64,000 bases of DNA from Corallococcus sp. bb12-1 (GCF_026626765.1 NZ_JAPNJZ010000012.1:77012-141011); one strand, 5' to 3'; positions 18,149 through 27,909 are shown, counted from the first letter of the stretch. Notes: a model not told the origin generated them from the letters alone. Made by a program: numbers and translations.

Positions 18149-20713
18149 TCAGCGCCTCGGAGGACGGGGCGCGGGCGGTTCGGCGTGGCGCGGATCCTCC
18201 GGCCATGAGTGCCGGGGGTACTTGCGGCACAGCTCCTTGCGGATCGCCGGGTAGTGCCGCTCCCAGAAACCCGCCAGGTCGGTCGTTACCTGCACGGCGC
18301 GCATGTTGGGGGCCAGCAGGTGCAGCACCAGCGGCACGCGGCCCGCGCCCACGCTGGGGCCCTGGGCCAGTCCGAAGAAATCCTGCAGCCGTGACTCCAC
18401 CCAGGGCGGCTTGCCCGGCTCGTAGTGCACCTTCACGCCGCGCCCGCCGGGCAGGGTGACGCGCTCGGGGGCATGGTTCGCCAGCAGGCGTTGCTGCTCC
18501 TGCGTGAGGCGCGTGTAGAGCGCGTCCAGCAGCGACACACCCTCCAGGTCGGAGAAGCTGCGCGCGCCCACGCACAGGGAGGCCAGCGCATCGCGCAGGA
18601 AGGTGGCGTCCACGGCGGGAAAGCCCGCTTCGGGGAAGGCCTTGGCGAGCAGCGCCACGCGGGTACGCCACTGCTCCAGCGCCTCGGGTTCCGCGAAGCG
18701 CTCCGGACCCGCGGCGAGCGCCGCCTCGGCCAGCACGCGCGCGGCCGCCTCGGAGGGAGGGGCGGGCGTGCGCGTCTCCTCCAACATGAGGTTGCCGTAC
18801 GCCAGCCGGGTAAGGCGCTCCACGCGGCGCGCCTCCGGGTTCCACTGGAGGGTGTCCACCTCTTCCAGGGCGTCAGGGTAGAGGTCCAACAGCCACTCGG
18901 CCTCCACCGCGCTGGCGAGCCGCACGACGGCGCCGCGGCCGGGACGCTCCTCGGCATCCACGGCGACCATCAACTCCGCGTCCTGGACGACGCTGAACTC
19001 GGACAGGCTGGTGGTGCCGCCGCCGAACATGACCAGCTCAGGGGAGCGGGGGCGTCGTCTGCGGGCCACGCGGTCCGGGTAGCCGGCGAGCACGCTGAGC
19101 ATCAGGGCCTGCTCCACGTCCTCGGGGCGGCCGGGACGCGAGCCCTGCTCCCGCACGTTGCGGCGGAGCTGCTTCTGCACGCGCTCCACGGACTGCACGG
19201 CGCCGGCGTCCAGGGAGAGCGACTGCAGGCGGCCGGAGGAGAAGCCCGAACGTCCGGCCTCGCGGAAGCGCTCCAGCAGCTCCAGGAGGTCGGAAGGGCC
19301 GCTGACGATGGCTGCCGCGCGACCTCCGCCGCCCAGGTTGGCGCGGGCCTCGCGGCGGATGTCCCGTTCGCCCATGAGCGCGGCGAGCAGCGCGGCATCG
19401 GCGCCGACGCCCCGGCGTTCCCCCTCGACGATGACGCGGGCCTGCCGGGGATGGACGGGGAAGCGCAAGAGCCGCTGGCCCACGTCCGTCACCTTGCCCT
19501 GGGCATCCACGGCGCCCAGCCGGCGCAGCAGCGTCTCCGCGGCCTCCATGGCGGGCGCGGGGGGCGCTTCGAAGAACGGGAACGCCGCGAGGTCCTTCAC
19601 GCCCGAGGCGCGCAGCGACAGCACGGTCTCCGCCAGGTCGGTGCGGCGGATCTCCGGAGCTTCCTGATCGGGCCGTCCGTCGAAGTCGTGCTGGGTGTAG
19701 AGGCGCACGCAGTGGCCCGCGCGCGTGCGGCCCGCGCGGCCTGCGCGCTGGGTGGCGGAGGCCCGGCTCACCTTGCCCAGCTTGAGCTGCGGCAGTCCGG
19801 ACCAGGGGGAGTGGGACGCCACGCGCGCGAGGCCGCTGTCGATGACGACCGCGACGCCGTCGATGGTGACGGAGGTCTCCGCGACGTTGGTGGACAGGAT
19901 GATCTTCCGGCGGGAGCTGCGGCGCACGGCGCGATCCTGCTCGGCGGGGGACAGGTCGCCGTGCAGCGGGAGCACGTCGGCGTCGTGGCGTTCGGCGAAC
20001 TCCGCGCAGGTGTCGCGTGCACGGCGGATCTCCCCCGCGCCGGGAAGGAACACGAGCACGTCGCCGTCGACGCCCTGGGTGAACAGGCGCTTGAGCGCGG
20101 AGAGCACCTGTTGATCCAGGTGCCGCTCGTCCGGGGCGGAGAGGTATTCGACGCTCACGTCGAAGCGGCGGCCCTCGGAGCGCAGCGAAGGCGCGCCGCC
20201 CAGGTAGGCGCGCACGGGCTCCGCCTCCAGGGTTGCGGACATCACGACGAGCTTGAGGTCGGGCCGTGCGGTCTCCTGGAGCCTGCGCAACAGCGCGAGC
20301 GAGATGTCCGCGGACAGGTGCCGCTCGTGGAACTCGTCGAGCACGACGATGCCCACGTCGCGCAGGGTGGGGTCTGTCAGCAGCCGTCGTCCGAGCACGC
20401 CCTCGGTGACGAAGGACATGCGGGTCTTCGGTCCGCGCACGTCCTCGAAGCGGACCTGGTAGCCCACGGTCTCGCCCACGCGCTCGCCAATCTCCTCGGA
20501 CACGCGCTGCGCGGCGAGCCGGGTGGGCAGCCGCCGGGGCTGGAGGACGACGATCTCCTTCCCCTGACCCAGGCCGGCCTCCAGGAGGGCCCGGGGAACG
20601 CGCGTCGTCTTGCCCGCGCCGGGAGGTGCTTCCAGCACGAGCGACCGCGAGCTCCGGAGCGTGGAGACGATGTCGGGCAGGAGGATATCGATAGGGAGGG
20701 CGACGTCCGCCAT
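18149..20713 (-). CDS. hrpB: ATP-dependent RNA helicase HrpB (DEAH-box)
   Basis: Walker A GAGKTT, DEFH motif (VVLDEFHER), HA2 region and the HrpB-specific C-terminal domain. ATG at 20713 is preferred because of the AAGAGGA RBS; a GTG at 20731 also exists. Confidence 0.88.
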   Translation of the reverse strand: MADVALPIDILLPDIVSTLRSSRSLVLEAPPGAGKTTRVPRALLEAGLGQGKEIVVLQPRRLPTRLAAQRVSEEIGERVGETVGYQVRFEDVRGPKTRMSFVTEGVLGRRLLTDPTLRDVGIVVLDEFHERHLSADISLALLRRLQETARPDLKLVVMSATLEAEPVRAYLGGAPSLRSEGRRFDVSVEYLSAPDERHLDQQVLSALKRLFTQGVDGDVLVFLPGAGEIRRARDTCAEFAERHDADVLPLHGDLSPAEQDRAVRRSSRRKIILSTNVAETSVTIDGVAVVIDSGLARVASHSPWSGLPQLKLGKVSRASATQRAGRAGRTRAGHCVRLYTQHDFDGRPDQEAPEIRRTDLAETVLSLRASGVKDLAAFPFFEAPPAPAMEAAETLLRRLGAVDAQGKVTDVGQRLLRFPVHPRQARVIVEGERRGVGADAALLAALMGERDIRREARANLGGGGRAAAIVSGPSDLLELLERFREAGRSGFSSGRLQSLSLDAGAVQSVERVQKQLRRNVREQGSRPGRPEDVEQALMLSVLAGYPDRVARRRRPRSPELVMFGGGTTSLSEFSVVQDAELMVAVDAEERPGRGAVVRLASAVEAEWLLDLYPDALEEVDTLQWNPEARRVERLTRLAYGNLMLEETRTPAPPSEAAARVLAEAALAAGPERFAEPEALEQWRTRVALLAKAFPEAGFPAVDATFLRDALASLCVGARSFSDLEGVSLLDALYTRLTQEQQRLLANHAPERVTLPGGRGVKVHYEPGKPPWVESRLQDFFGLAQGPSVGAGRVPLVLHLLAPNMRAVQVTTDLAGFWERHYPAIRKELCRKYPRHSWPEDPRHAEPPAPRPPRR

Positions 20714-20758
20714 GTCCGGGTTCCTCTTCACGGCGGGGCACTCACCGCGCGGCGGGTT

Positions 20759-21946
20759 TCAGGGCGTCCCTGTCTCGGACGGGTCGGTCTTCTTGCGGCG
20801 GCGGGGGCGAACGGCCTCCGGTGGTGCTTCGGAAGCCTCCCGCTCTGGAACCGGAGCCGCCTCCGCCTGTGCGGCGGGAGGCACCGGATTCTTCGGGGGC
20901 CGGCCCCGGCGAGGACGCACCTCGATCGGAGCCGCCTCGGAGTCCGGAACGGAAGTCTCCGCGGCGGGGAGTGCATCCTCGCCCCCCTCGGAAGCAGGAG
21001 CCTCCTCCTCGGAGGCCACGGGGGCGGAGGTCCGCCGCCCCTTGCGATTCGCCGGGGGAAGGGGGGCGGCCTCGACCGTGCCCTCCTCCTCGGACGCATC
21101 CGCGTGGGGATCCGCGGCATCCTCGCCATCCGCCGCCGGGTCGTCCTCGACGGGCGTCTCATCCACCGGCCCGTCGAGCGCGTCTTCCTGCGCGGAGTCC
21201 ACGTCGTCCCCGTACGGATCAAACCCGTCCTCGGCGGAGAGGGCGAGCGAACGACCCGCGCGCTTCCGGGGCTTGAGGGTGAGTCCCGCGGCCTCGAAGA
21301 CTCCCGGAACGGGAACGAGCGCGGCCTCGGCGAGCAGCCGCCCCTGCCGCAACGCGACGTCCAGTCGCCGTCCCAGCGACACCAGGGCCTCGCGGAGCGC
21401 GGCCTCTTCGTCTGGAGGCAGAGGGGTAGGGGACAGGCTCGCGTTCCACGCGGCGAACGTCGTAGCCACCAGCTCCACGACGGGGCGGACCATCGCGAAG
21501 TCGTCGCGGGAGAAGATGCGGGTGACGTAGGAACTCTTGAACCGGCGCTCGTAGGACGACGCGTACTCGTTCACCAGCTCAAGGGGGGCCCGCCGGAGCT
21601 GCGGGAACTTGAGGTGGGGGAAGAGGGCCTCGATGACCGGGGCGCGGCTGCTGGCGGTGAAGGTGATGCCGGCGTGCAGCTTCTCCAGCGCATCCACCCA
21701 CCGGCCCTGCTGATCGAACGAGAACTCCTCGCGAGCCTCATCGAGTTCGGGCAGGTCCTTCACCTGTTCGAGCAGTCCGCCCGCCGGTTCCCGGGCCTCG
21801 CGCAGCCGCTCCAGCGCGGAGGCGAGCCACTGCTTCTCGGCCTCCAGCCCCGGCCTGCCGACGACCATCTCCTCCGCCGTGGCGAGTCGGGCCTCGAAGG
21901 CCTCGGCGAAGCGGATCAGCTCATAGGATTCGAGCGTGGACGACAT
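20759..21946 (-). CDS. Hypothetical protein with structured N-terminal domain, acidic disordered region and C-terminal AT-hook (RPRRGRPPKNP)
   Basis: 395 aa with good coding bias. The C-terminus carries the canonical AT-hook core R-G-R-P flanked by basic residues, plus a KR-rich tail. Lies directly upstream of hrpB on the same strand. Confidence 0.6.
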   Translation of the reverse strand: MSSTLESYELIRFAEAFEARLATAEEMVVGRPGLEAEKQWLASALERLREAREPAGGLLEQVKDLPELDEAREEFSFDQQGRWVDALEKLHAGITFTASSRAPVIEALFPHLKFPQLRRAPLELVNEYASSYERRFKSSYVTRIFSRDDFAMVRPVVELVATTFAAWNASLSPTPLPPDEEAALREALVSLGRRLDVALRQGRLLAEAALVPVPGVFEAAGLTLKPRKRAGRSLALSAEDGFDPYGDDVDSAQEDALDGPVDETPVEDDPAADGEDAADPHADASEEEGTVEAAPLPPANRKGRRTSAPVASEEEAPASEGGEDALPAAETSVPDSEAAPIEVRPRRGRPPKNPVPPAAQAEAAPVPEREASEAPPEAVRPRRRKKTDPSETGTP

Positions 21947-21985
21947 GCGTGGACTCCTCGGAGGGGCGGCGGAGATAGCACACCT

Positions 21986-22681
21986 TCACCGTCCGACGAG
22001 CAGGGCCTCCATGGCTTCGGGGGCGGAGAAATCCGCGAAGGCCCATTCGGCGCCAGCGTCGCGCAGCGCCTGGGGCGTGAAGTTGCCCGTGCCGACGCCA
22101 ATCGTCTGCGCGCCAATGCCCTTGGCCGCCGCGACGTCCTTTGGCGTGTCGCCGATGATCACCACCCGGCATGCCTCCAGGGGGTGTCCCAGTTGCGCCG
22201 CTCCGGCCTGGGCGCCGTGCCGGATGAGCGCGACGCGGTCCTCGAAGTCGCATCCGAAGCCGCCGAAAGCGAACTGATCATGGATGCGAACGCGCTCCAG
22301 CTTCACCCGGGCGCCCGCGCGCACGTTGCCGGTGCCCAGTCCCACGGCGAAGCCCGACCGTGAGCGCGCCTCCAACACGGCCTCGCGCATGCCGGGGTGC
22401 AGGCGGTATTCGCGCTCATCAACCTTGGGGACCTCCTCGGCCAGGTGGGCGACATACGCGTCGACGACCGCGCTGATGGTCTCCTCGGTGACGGGCACGC
22501 CAATGATTCCCAGTCCCATGCGGACGATGGCCCGGTCCGTCATCCCGGACATGCTGAAGCCGTCGCACGCGTCGCGGCGCTGGTGGAGGCGTTCGAAGGC
22601 CAGGGCCATGGAGCGACGCCCCGCGCCACCAGTGGTGACGAGGGTGCCATCGATGTCGAAAAGGAGGACGGTGGGGCGCAT
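21986..22681 (-). CDS. HAD-superfamily hydrolase (phosphoglycolate-phosphatase-like)
   Basis: Motif I LLFDIDGTL, motif II/III (…GTGN…, …IIGDTPKD). Confidence 0.8.
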   Translation of the reverse strand: MRPTVLLFDIDGTLVTTGGAGRRSMALAFERLHQRRDACDGFSMSGMTDRAIVRMGLGIIGVPVTEETISAVVDAYVAHLAEEVPKVDEREYRLHPGMREAVLEARSRSGFAVGLGTGNVRAGARVKLERVRIHDQFAFGGFGCDFEDRVALIRHGAQAGAAQLGHPLEACRVVIIGDTPKDVAAAKGIGAQTIGVGTGNFTPQALRDAGAEWAFADFSAPEAMEALLVGR

Positions 22682-22746
22682 GGCCCCTCATCTAACGGAA
22701 GGCCCCGCCCGACGCGAGTCCCGAGCGAGCCGCCCGGGAGGGGGCT

Positions 22747-23406
22747 TCAGGGCTCGGCCAGTGTGAGCCCCTGCTGGAGGGCCTCGCGCACCTGGGGCAC
22801 CTCCTCCCGGGGGAGCCGTTCCTCCAGCGCCTCCCGCACCTGTTGACCTCCCAGCCGGCCGAGCGCCTGGGCCACCGCCGCGCGAATCCGGACATCCTGG
22901 TCCTCCAGCCGGGCCCGCAGCGCGGTGACGGCCTCGAACCCCAGGCATTGACCGAGCGCCGCGGCGGCCCGGGTGCGGACGTCCGCGGGCCGCTGCGGAT
23001 CCTCCATCATCGCCTGGAGGGTCGGCCCCGCCTGGGGGGCTTCCACCAGGGACAGCGCCGTCACGGCCCGCATCCGTTGCGCATCGGGGACGCTCGGATC
23101 CTCCGTGAGCGCCGCGAGCACGGGCACCACCTCCGGCCCCAGCCGGCTCCAGGCCATCCCTCGCACCGAAGGCTGCGCGAGCAACCTCAGGGCTTCGTCG
23201 CGCAAGGGGCCGGGAACGGGGGCCACCTGGGGCAGGGAAGTGGCGGGGGCGGCCTGGACGTTCGCGCGAGCCGGCGCCGCTTCGGACACGGGCCCCGCGC
23301 CAGCGAGCGCGGCGAGGCCGAACAGGCCCACCCAACGCGACAGGGCGGGACGTGACGGAGCCAGCGAGGGACGAACGCCGCGGGGGCGGGACGACGGGCT
23401 CGGCAT
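22747..23406 (-). CDS. HEAT / PBS-lyase-repeat protein, secreted
   Basis: Signal peptide. Repeated DxxVRxxAAxALGxLG HEAT-like units. Confidence 0.65.
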   Translation of the reverse strand: MPSPSSRPRGVRPSLAPSRPALSRWVGLFGLAALAGAGPVSEAAPARANVQAAPATSLPQVAPVPGPLRDEALRLLAQPSVRGMAWSRLGPEVVPVLAALTEDPSVPDAQRMRAVTALSLVEAPQAGPTLQAMMEDPQRPADVRTRAAAALGQCLGFEAVTALRARLEDQDVRIRAAVAQALGRLGGQQVREALEERLPREEVPQVREALQQGLTLAEP

Positions 23407-23484
23407 GCGGGACTCCCGGTGGAGTGGGGTCTCCGTTATACGACGGCTGCCGGTCCGGACTCGATACAGCTAAGGTCGCGGATC

Positions 23485-23877
23485 ATGGCCGGACGCGTTT
23501 TCTTCTTCCTCCAGCACGCCACGTACGAGCCCGCCTTCCAGGCCGGCTCCATGGGCATCACCGCCGCCGCGATGGGGGACGACGTCTACTTCGTCTTCGC
23601 CTTCGAGGCCCTGCGCCAGCTGGTCCGGGGCGGCTTCGGCCTCGCCCACAGCGAGCGCGAGCGCACGGAGGCGGCCCGGGCGGAAGGGCTCAACGTCCCC
23701 ACGCCAGCCCGGATGCTCGAGGAGGCCCGGGCCCTGGGCGCGAAGCTCGTGGCCTGTGACACCACGGTGCGCATCTGCGGCCTGACGCCCCAGGAGTTGC
23801 AGGGCACCCTCGACGAGGTCATGGGGCTCGCCTCCATCTGGCGTCTGACAGAGGGTGCGCGCGTCCTCTCGCTGTGA
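23485..23877 (+). CDS. DsrE/DsrF-like family protein
   Basis: MAGRVFFFLQHATYEPAFQAGSMGITAAAMGDDVYFVFAFEAL is typical of the DsrE/DsrF fold. Upstream in-frame ATG at 23419 is possible. Confidence 0.5.
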   Translation: MAGRVFFFLQHATYEPAFQAGSMGITAAAMGDDVYFVFAFEALRQLVRGGFGLAHSERERTEAARAEGLNVPTPARMLEEARALGAKLVACDTTVRICGLTPQELQGTLDEVMGLASIWRLTEGARVLSL

Positions 23878-24086
23878 GCGGGTCGGCCACATGCCTGGCG
23901 GATGGATGTGGGTGTCAGACTCCGGAAGGTCCCTGGCCCCGCAGGATCGCCTGTCGTTGCAACTTGGCAGCTTCACCTGAATGGGTCCTGCCTGCTGCGA
24001 GTCGCTGTAGCCTCGGTGGGCGCTCACGCGTTACGCTGACGCCTCGTGGTTCGTGGTCCCCCTCCAAGAAGGAATTCCCAAAGCCT

Positions 24087-25406
24087 ATGCGCGCCAAGTT
24101 GACCCCCCTGAGCGCACTGCTGGCCGGCATCGTCGGTGGTGCCCTGATGGCCGGCTGTCAAACGTATGACTTCGAGCCTGTGGATCCGCTCGCGATCGCC
24201 CAGACGACGAAGGAGACGGTCATCACGGCGCGCGGCAGCAAGCCGGACGTCATGCTGCTGGTGGACACCTCCGGCTCCATGACGTTGCCGGTGGATCCCG
24301 AGCTGACCGTGAACGGCGTGAAGGTCTGCTACGGCAGGAACGAGCAGGGCCAGGAATACCTCTGCGGCGAGAGCCGGCCTGCTTGCGATACGTCCGTGTG
24401 CCCCACGCGCTGGTCGGATCTGCAGGCCGCCATGGGCCCGTTTCTTACGGAGAGCGGCAGCCTCGTCCGCTTCGGCCTGACGACGTATCCCGCGCCCATC
24501 ACGGTGGACTCCCCCTCCGTGGCCCAGGCCTGCGCTGCGGCCGGCGAGGGCGCGACCGGGAGCGGGAGCGTTCGCCTCGCGATCCCGACCACGTTGGATT
24601 CGGACCTGGAACTGCTGGACCACGCGAAGGGCCTCAATGCCATCCTGCAGGCGATTCCCAACGGCGGCTCGAACCGCCCCCGCGGAGGTACGCCCACGAG
24701 CGGAAGCCTGGCATTCACGGGCTCGCTGCTGACGACGGACCCGGCGGAGCGCCCGCAGATCATCATCCTGTTGACCGACGGTTTGCCGAATTGCAACGTG
24801 ATCAACGAGTACAGCGGCAGCCAGGCGGAGCAGTGCAACTGCGTGGTGGCCACGTCTCAGTGCACTGACCCAGACAGCCCGTACTATCGGCGGGGCTGCC
24901 TGGACAAGAACGCCTCGGTCGCGGCGGTGCAGGCCCTGAAGGCTCGCCAGATCTCCACCATCGTCATCGGCTTCGGCGCGGAGACGTCGGCGGGCGCCGG
25001 CCCCCAGGTGCTCAATGAGATGGCGGGCGCGGGCGGCTTCGCGCGCACGTGCCGGGCGGACATCGACTGCGGCGCGGGTGATACCTGCAACGTGGCCACC
25101 CAGCTCTGCGGCCGTGGCTTCTATCAGGCGGGAAACCAGGTGGAACTGGCGTCCGCCCTGAAGGCCATCAGCGAGCGGCTCATGCCCGGCGAGCCCTGCT
25201 ACATCCCGCTCGATCCGAGCCAGATGCCGTCCGACCCTTCGCTCATCGTCGTCTACATCAACGGCGAGCGCACGCTCGGGGGGCCGGACTCCTGGTCGGT
25301 GGTAGACACGGGAGTGCGGTTCACCGGCAGCGCCTGCGCGCGCCTGGAAGCGTCGCGTCCGGAAGCGCCTGTCAGCGTCGAAGTGCGCGCCATCCGCGAA
25401 CTCTAG
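24087..25406 (+). CDS. von Willebrand factor A (vWA) domain lipoprotein, Cys-rich
   Basis: Lipobox LMAGCQ. MIDAS motif DVMLLVDTSGSM. 20+ cysteines in CxC/CxxC arrangements downstream of the vWA domain. Confidence 0.7.
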   Translation: MRAKLTPLSALLAGIVGGALMAGCQTYDFEPVDPLAIAQTTKETVITARGSKPDVMLLVDTSGSMTLPVDPELTVNGVKVCYGRNEQGQEYLCGESRPACDTSVCPTRWSDLQAAMGPFLTESGSLVRFGLTTYPAPITVDSPSVAQACAAAGEGATGSGSVRLAIPTTLDSDLELLDHAKGLNAILQAIPNGGSNRPRGGTPTSGSLAFTGSLLTTDPAERPQIIILLTDGLPNCNVINEYSGSQAEQCNCVVATSQCTDPDSPYYRRGCLDKNASVAAVQALKARQISTIVIGFGAETSAGAGPQVLNEMAGAGGFARTCRADIDCGAGDTCNVATQLCGRGFYQAGNQVELASALKAISERLMPGEPCYIPLDPSQMPSDPSLIVVYINGERTLGGPDSWSVVDTGVRFTGSACARLEASRPEAPVSVEVRAIREL

Positions 25407-25482
25407 AGCGCGGCGGGCGGAGGCGGCTTTACCCGGGCCATGGCGGGGGTTATAGGACCTCGCCAGGCCGGTCGCCTCCGCC

Positions 25483-26460
25483 ATGAAAATCACTGTCCTT
25501 TCGCGCTCCGCCTCCATTTCGTCCACGCGGCGGATCGTCGACGCAGGTCGCGCGAGGGGACACCGGGTCCGCGTGCTCAACCCGCTCCGGGTGCAGATGC
25601 ATCTGGACGGGGGCAGCCGGGCCACCCTGCTGTACGACCGCAAGAAGCTGACACCCACCGACGTCGTCATCCCGCGCATCGCCCTGTCCATCAGCACCTA
25701 CGGGCTCGCGGTGGTGAACCAGTTCGGCTTGGCGCGCGTGCCCCTGGTGAACCATGCCCAGGCCATCGCGCAATCGCGCAACAAGATGCGCGCGCTCCAG
25801 CTCCTGTCCGCCCACGGCATCGACATCCCGGCCACGGTGATGGCCCGCGACGCGGCCCACCTCAAGGAGATGGTGGGCCTCGTGGGCGGGGTGCCGGTGC
25901 TTGTGAAGCTCCTCCAGGGCCAGGAGAAGCACGGCGTGATGGTGTGCGAGAGCCTCCAGTCGCTGGAGGCCGCGCTGGAGGCGGTGCTCGGCCTGGGCCA
26001 CAACATCATCATGCAGGAGTACGTGCGGAGCACCGGCCAGGACGTCCGGGTGCTGGTGGTGGGAGGCGAGGCGGTCGCGGCGGTGCTGCGCAAGCCGCGC
26101 CCCGGCCGCCTCTCGCACACCCTGAACCGGGGCGCCCGCCTGGAGGCCCTGGCCCTGTCACCCGGCCACCGCGCCACGGCGGAGAAGGTCGCCCGGCTGG
26201 TGGGCCTGGAAGTGGCCGCGGTGGACATCCTGGACGTGCAGGGGCAGCCCAAGGTCTTTGAAGTGAACAGCTCGCCCGCGCTGCTGGAGATGGAGGCCGC
26301 GACAGGCATGGACCTGGCTACCCCCATCATCCTGCGCGCGGAGGCGCTGGTGGCCGGGGCGGTTCCCGTGTGGAGCGCCGCGCTGGAGACGCCCCAGGCG
26401 CTGCTGCCGCCTCCGCCACCGCGCAAGGCTCCCGTGAAGGTGGGCGTGCCTCGGAGTTAG
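25483..26460 (+). CDS. rimK: RimK-family ATP-grasp alpha-L-glutamate ligase
   Basis: MKITVLSRSASISSTRRIVDAGRARGH..., ATP-grasp fold, colinear with RimK along its length. Confidence 0.8.
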   Translation: MKITVLSRSASISSTRRIVDAGRARGHRVRVLNPLRVQMHLDGGSRATLLYDRKKLTPTDVVIPRIALSISTYGLAVVNQFGLARVPLVNHAQAIAQSRNKMRALQLLSAHGIDIPATVMARDAAHLKEMVGLVGGVPVLVKLLQGQEKHGVMVCESLQSLEAALEAVLGLGHNIIMQEYVRSTGQDVRVLVVGGEAVAAVLRKPRPGRLSHTLNRGARLEALALSPGHRATAEKVARLVGLEVAAVDILDVQGQPKVFEVNSSPALLEMEAATGMDLATPIILRAEALVAGAVPVWSAALETPQALLPPPPPRKAPVKVGVPRS

Positions 26461-26526
26461 AAGAGAAAGGGCTCCCCGCGCGTCCCAAGCCCCGGTATAC
26501 GAGCGCCGCCTTCCAGGAGACGACCC

Positions 26527-26973
26527 ATGCTGAACCCCCGCTGCTTCCCGCACCTGGCCACCCTGCTGCTGACCTTCGTCAGCGCCCCGGTGCTGGCCCA
26601 GGACGTGGACCCCGCCACCCTCTACGAAGTGACCACCGAGGGCACGTCGACGCAGGTGAAGGCGGGAGGGCAGGGCACCTTCGTGCTCGCCATCAAGTCG
26701 AAGGCCGGAGCCCACGTCTCCGACGAGGCCCCCCTGAAGCTGGAGCTCACGGGCACTCAGCTGACCCCCGCGCAGAAGACGCTGACCCGCGAGCAGTCGG
26801 TGGCGAAGAAGGCCCAGGGGCAGCAGTTCGTGGATCCTCGCTTCGAGGTCCCCTTCACGGCGGTCTCCGCCGGCAAGGGCACGCTGGATGCGACGCTCAC
26901 CTTCTTCATCTGCACGGAGAAGATCTGCGCCCGTCAGAAGAAGACCTTCTCGCTGCCCGTCGAGGTCCAGTAG
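26527..26973 (+). CDS. Hypothetical secreted protein with C-terminal CxxxC
   Basis: Signal peptide LLLTFVSAPVLAQD. C-terminal FFICTEKICARQ. 148 aa. Confidence 0.55.
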   Translation: MLNPRCFPHLATLLLTFVSAPVLAQDVDPATLYEVTTEGTSTQVKAGGQGTFVLAIKSKAGAHVSDEAPLKLELTGTQLTPAQKTLTREQSVAKKAQGQQFVDPRFEVPFTAVSAGKGTLDATLTFFICTEKICARQKKTFSLPVEVQ

Positions 26974-26978
26974 CCCCC

Positions 26979-27782
26979 ATGCGAGAGCGTTCACCCAAGG
27001 CCGGCAGCGATCGCGAGCGCGGTAGTCCCGAAGCGCCGCGCTACGTCTATGGCATCAACCCCGCGCTGGAAGCCCTCCGCGCCCATCCCGACGCAGTTGA
27101 GCGCATCTTCCTCGTCGACGGGCAGGTGGCCGCCAAGGCCGCGGGCGAATTGCTCAGCCGCGCTCGGGACGCCGGGGTCAAGGTGGAGAAGGTCGGCAAG
27201 GAACGGCTGAACGCCATGGCGGAGGGCGGCGTCCACCAGGGCGTCGTCGCCGAGCTCCGGGGCTTCCAGTACGTCGACCTTGAGGACGTGCTCGCCGTGG
27301 CGAAGGCACGCTCCCAGCCGCCCCTGGTGGTCGTGCTCGACGGCATCCAGGATCCGCACAACCTGGGGGCCATCATCCGCTCGGCCCACGCGCTCGGGGC
27401 CCACGGCGTCGTCCTGGCCAAGGACCGCGCGGTGCAGGTGACGGGCACGGTGGCCAAGGCCTCCGCCGGCGCTGTCGAATACTGCGCCATTGCCCGCGTC
27501 ACCAACATCTCCCGCGCCCTGGAAGAGCTGAAGGAAGCGGGCCTCTGGGTCGCGGCTGCGGACATCGAGGGTTCCGAGCCCCTGTGGAGCGCCCGGCTGG
27601 ACGGTCCCCTGGCGCTCGTCGTGGGCGCCGAGGGGGCGGGCGTGAGGGAAGGGGTCCTCAAGCACTGCGACTTCCGCCTCCGGATTCCCATGGGCGGTCA
27701 GGTTGGTTCATTGAATGCGTCGGTTTCCGCCGCGATTCTGCTATACGAGGTCGCCCGTCAACGGGGCCATCCGGCCCGCTGA
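26979..27782 (+). CDS. rlmB: 23S rRNA (guanosine-2'-O-)-methyltransferase, SpoU/TrmH family
   Basis: SpoU_sub_bind N-terminal domain plus SpoU methylase motifs (…VVLDGIQDPHNLGAIIRSA…, …IPMGGQVGSLNASVSAAILLYE). Confidence 0.85.
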   Translation: MRERSPKAGSDRERGSPEAPRYVYGINPALEALRAHPDAVERIFLVDGQVAAKAAGELLSRARDAGVKVEKVGKERLNAMAEGGVHQGVVAELRGFQYVDLEDVLAVAKARSQPPLVVVLDGIQDPHNLGAIIRSAHALGAHGVVLAKDRAVQVTGTVAKASAGAVEYCAIARVTNISRALEELKEAGLWVAAADIEGSEPLWSARLDGPLALVVGAEGAGVREGVLKHCDFRLRIPMGGQVGSLNASVSAAILLYEVARQRGHPAR

Positions 27783-27801
27783 CGACCCCGGATCAATCTC
27801 C

Positions 27802-27830
27802 TTGACTTGGAGAGTGGGGACTTTTAAAAG
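27802..27830 (+). promoter_or_regulatory. Candidate sigma-70-type promoter for the tRNA-tuf operon
   Basis: TTGACT, then a 16-17 nt spacer, then TTAAAA/TAAAAG, about 80 nt upstream of tRNA-Thr. Confidence 0.35.
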
Positions 27831-27909
27831 GTCGCGCCTCTCAAGTCGCTGCCGGGTGGTTGACGGTCCGCCCGGTGATGAGGTAGGGCGGGGCAGTTGC
27901 TGGAGTGAT

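Noticed and set aside
23878-24086. Candidate sigma-54 promoter (TGGCAG...) in the 209-bp region upstream of the vWA lipoprotein
   Set aside because: TGGCAG is present but the -12 TTGC(A/T) element at the correct spacing is absent, so the evidence is insufficient.
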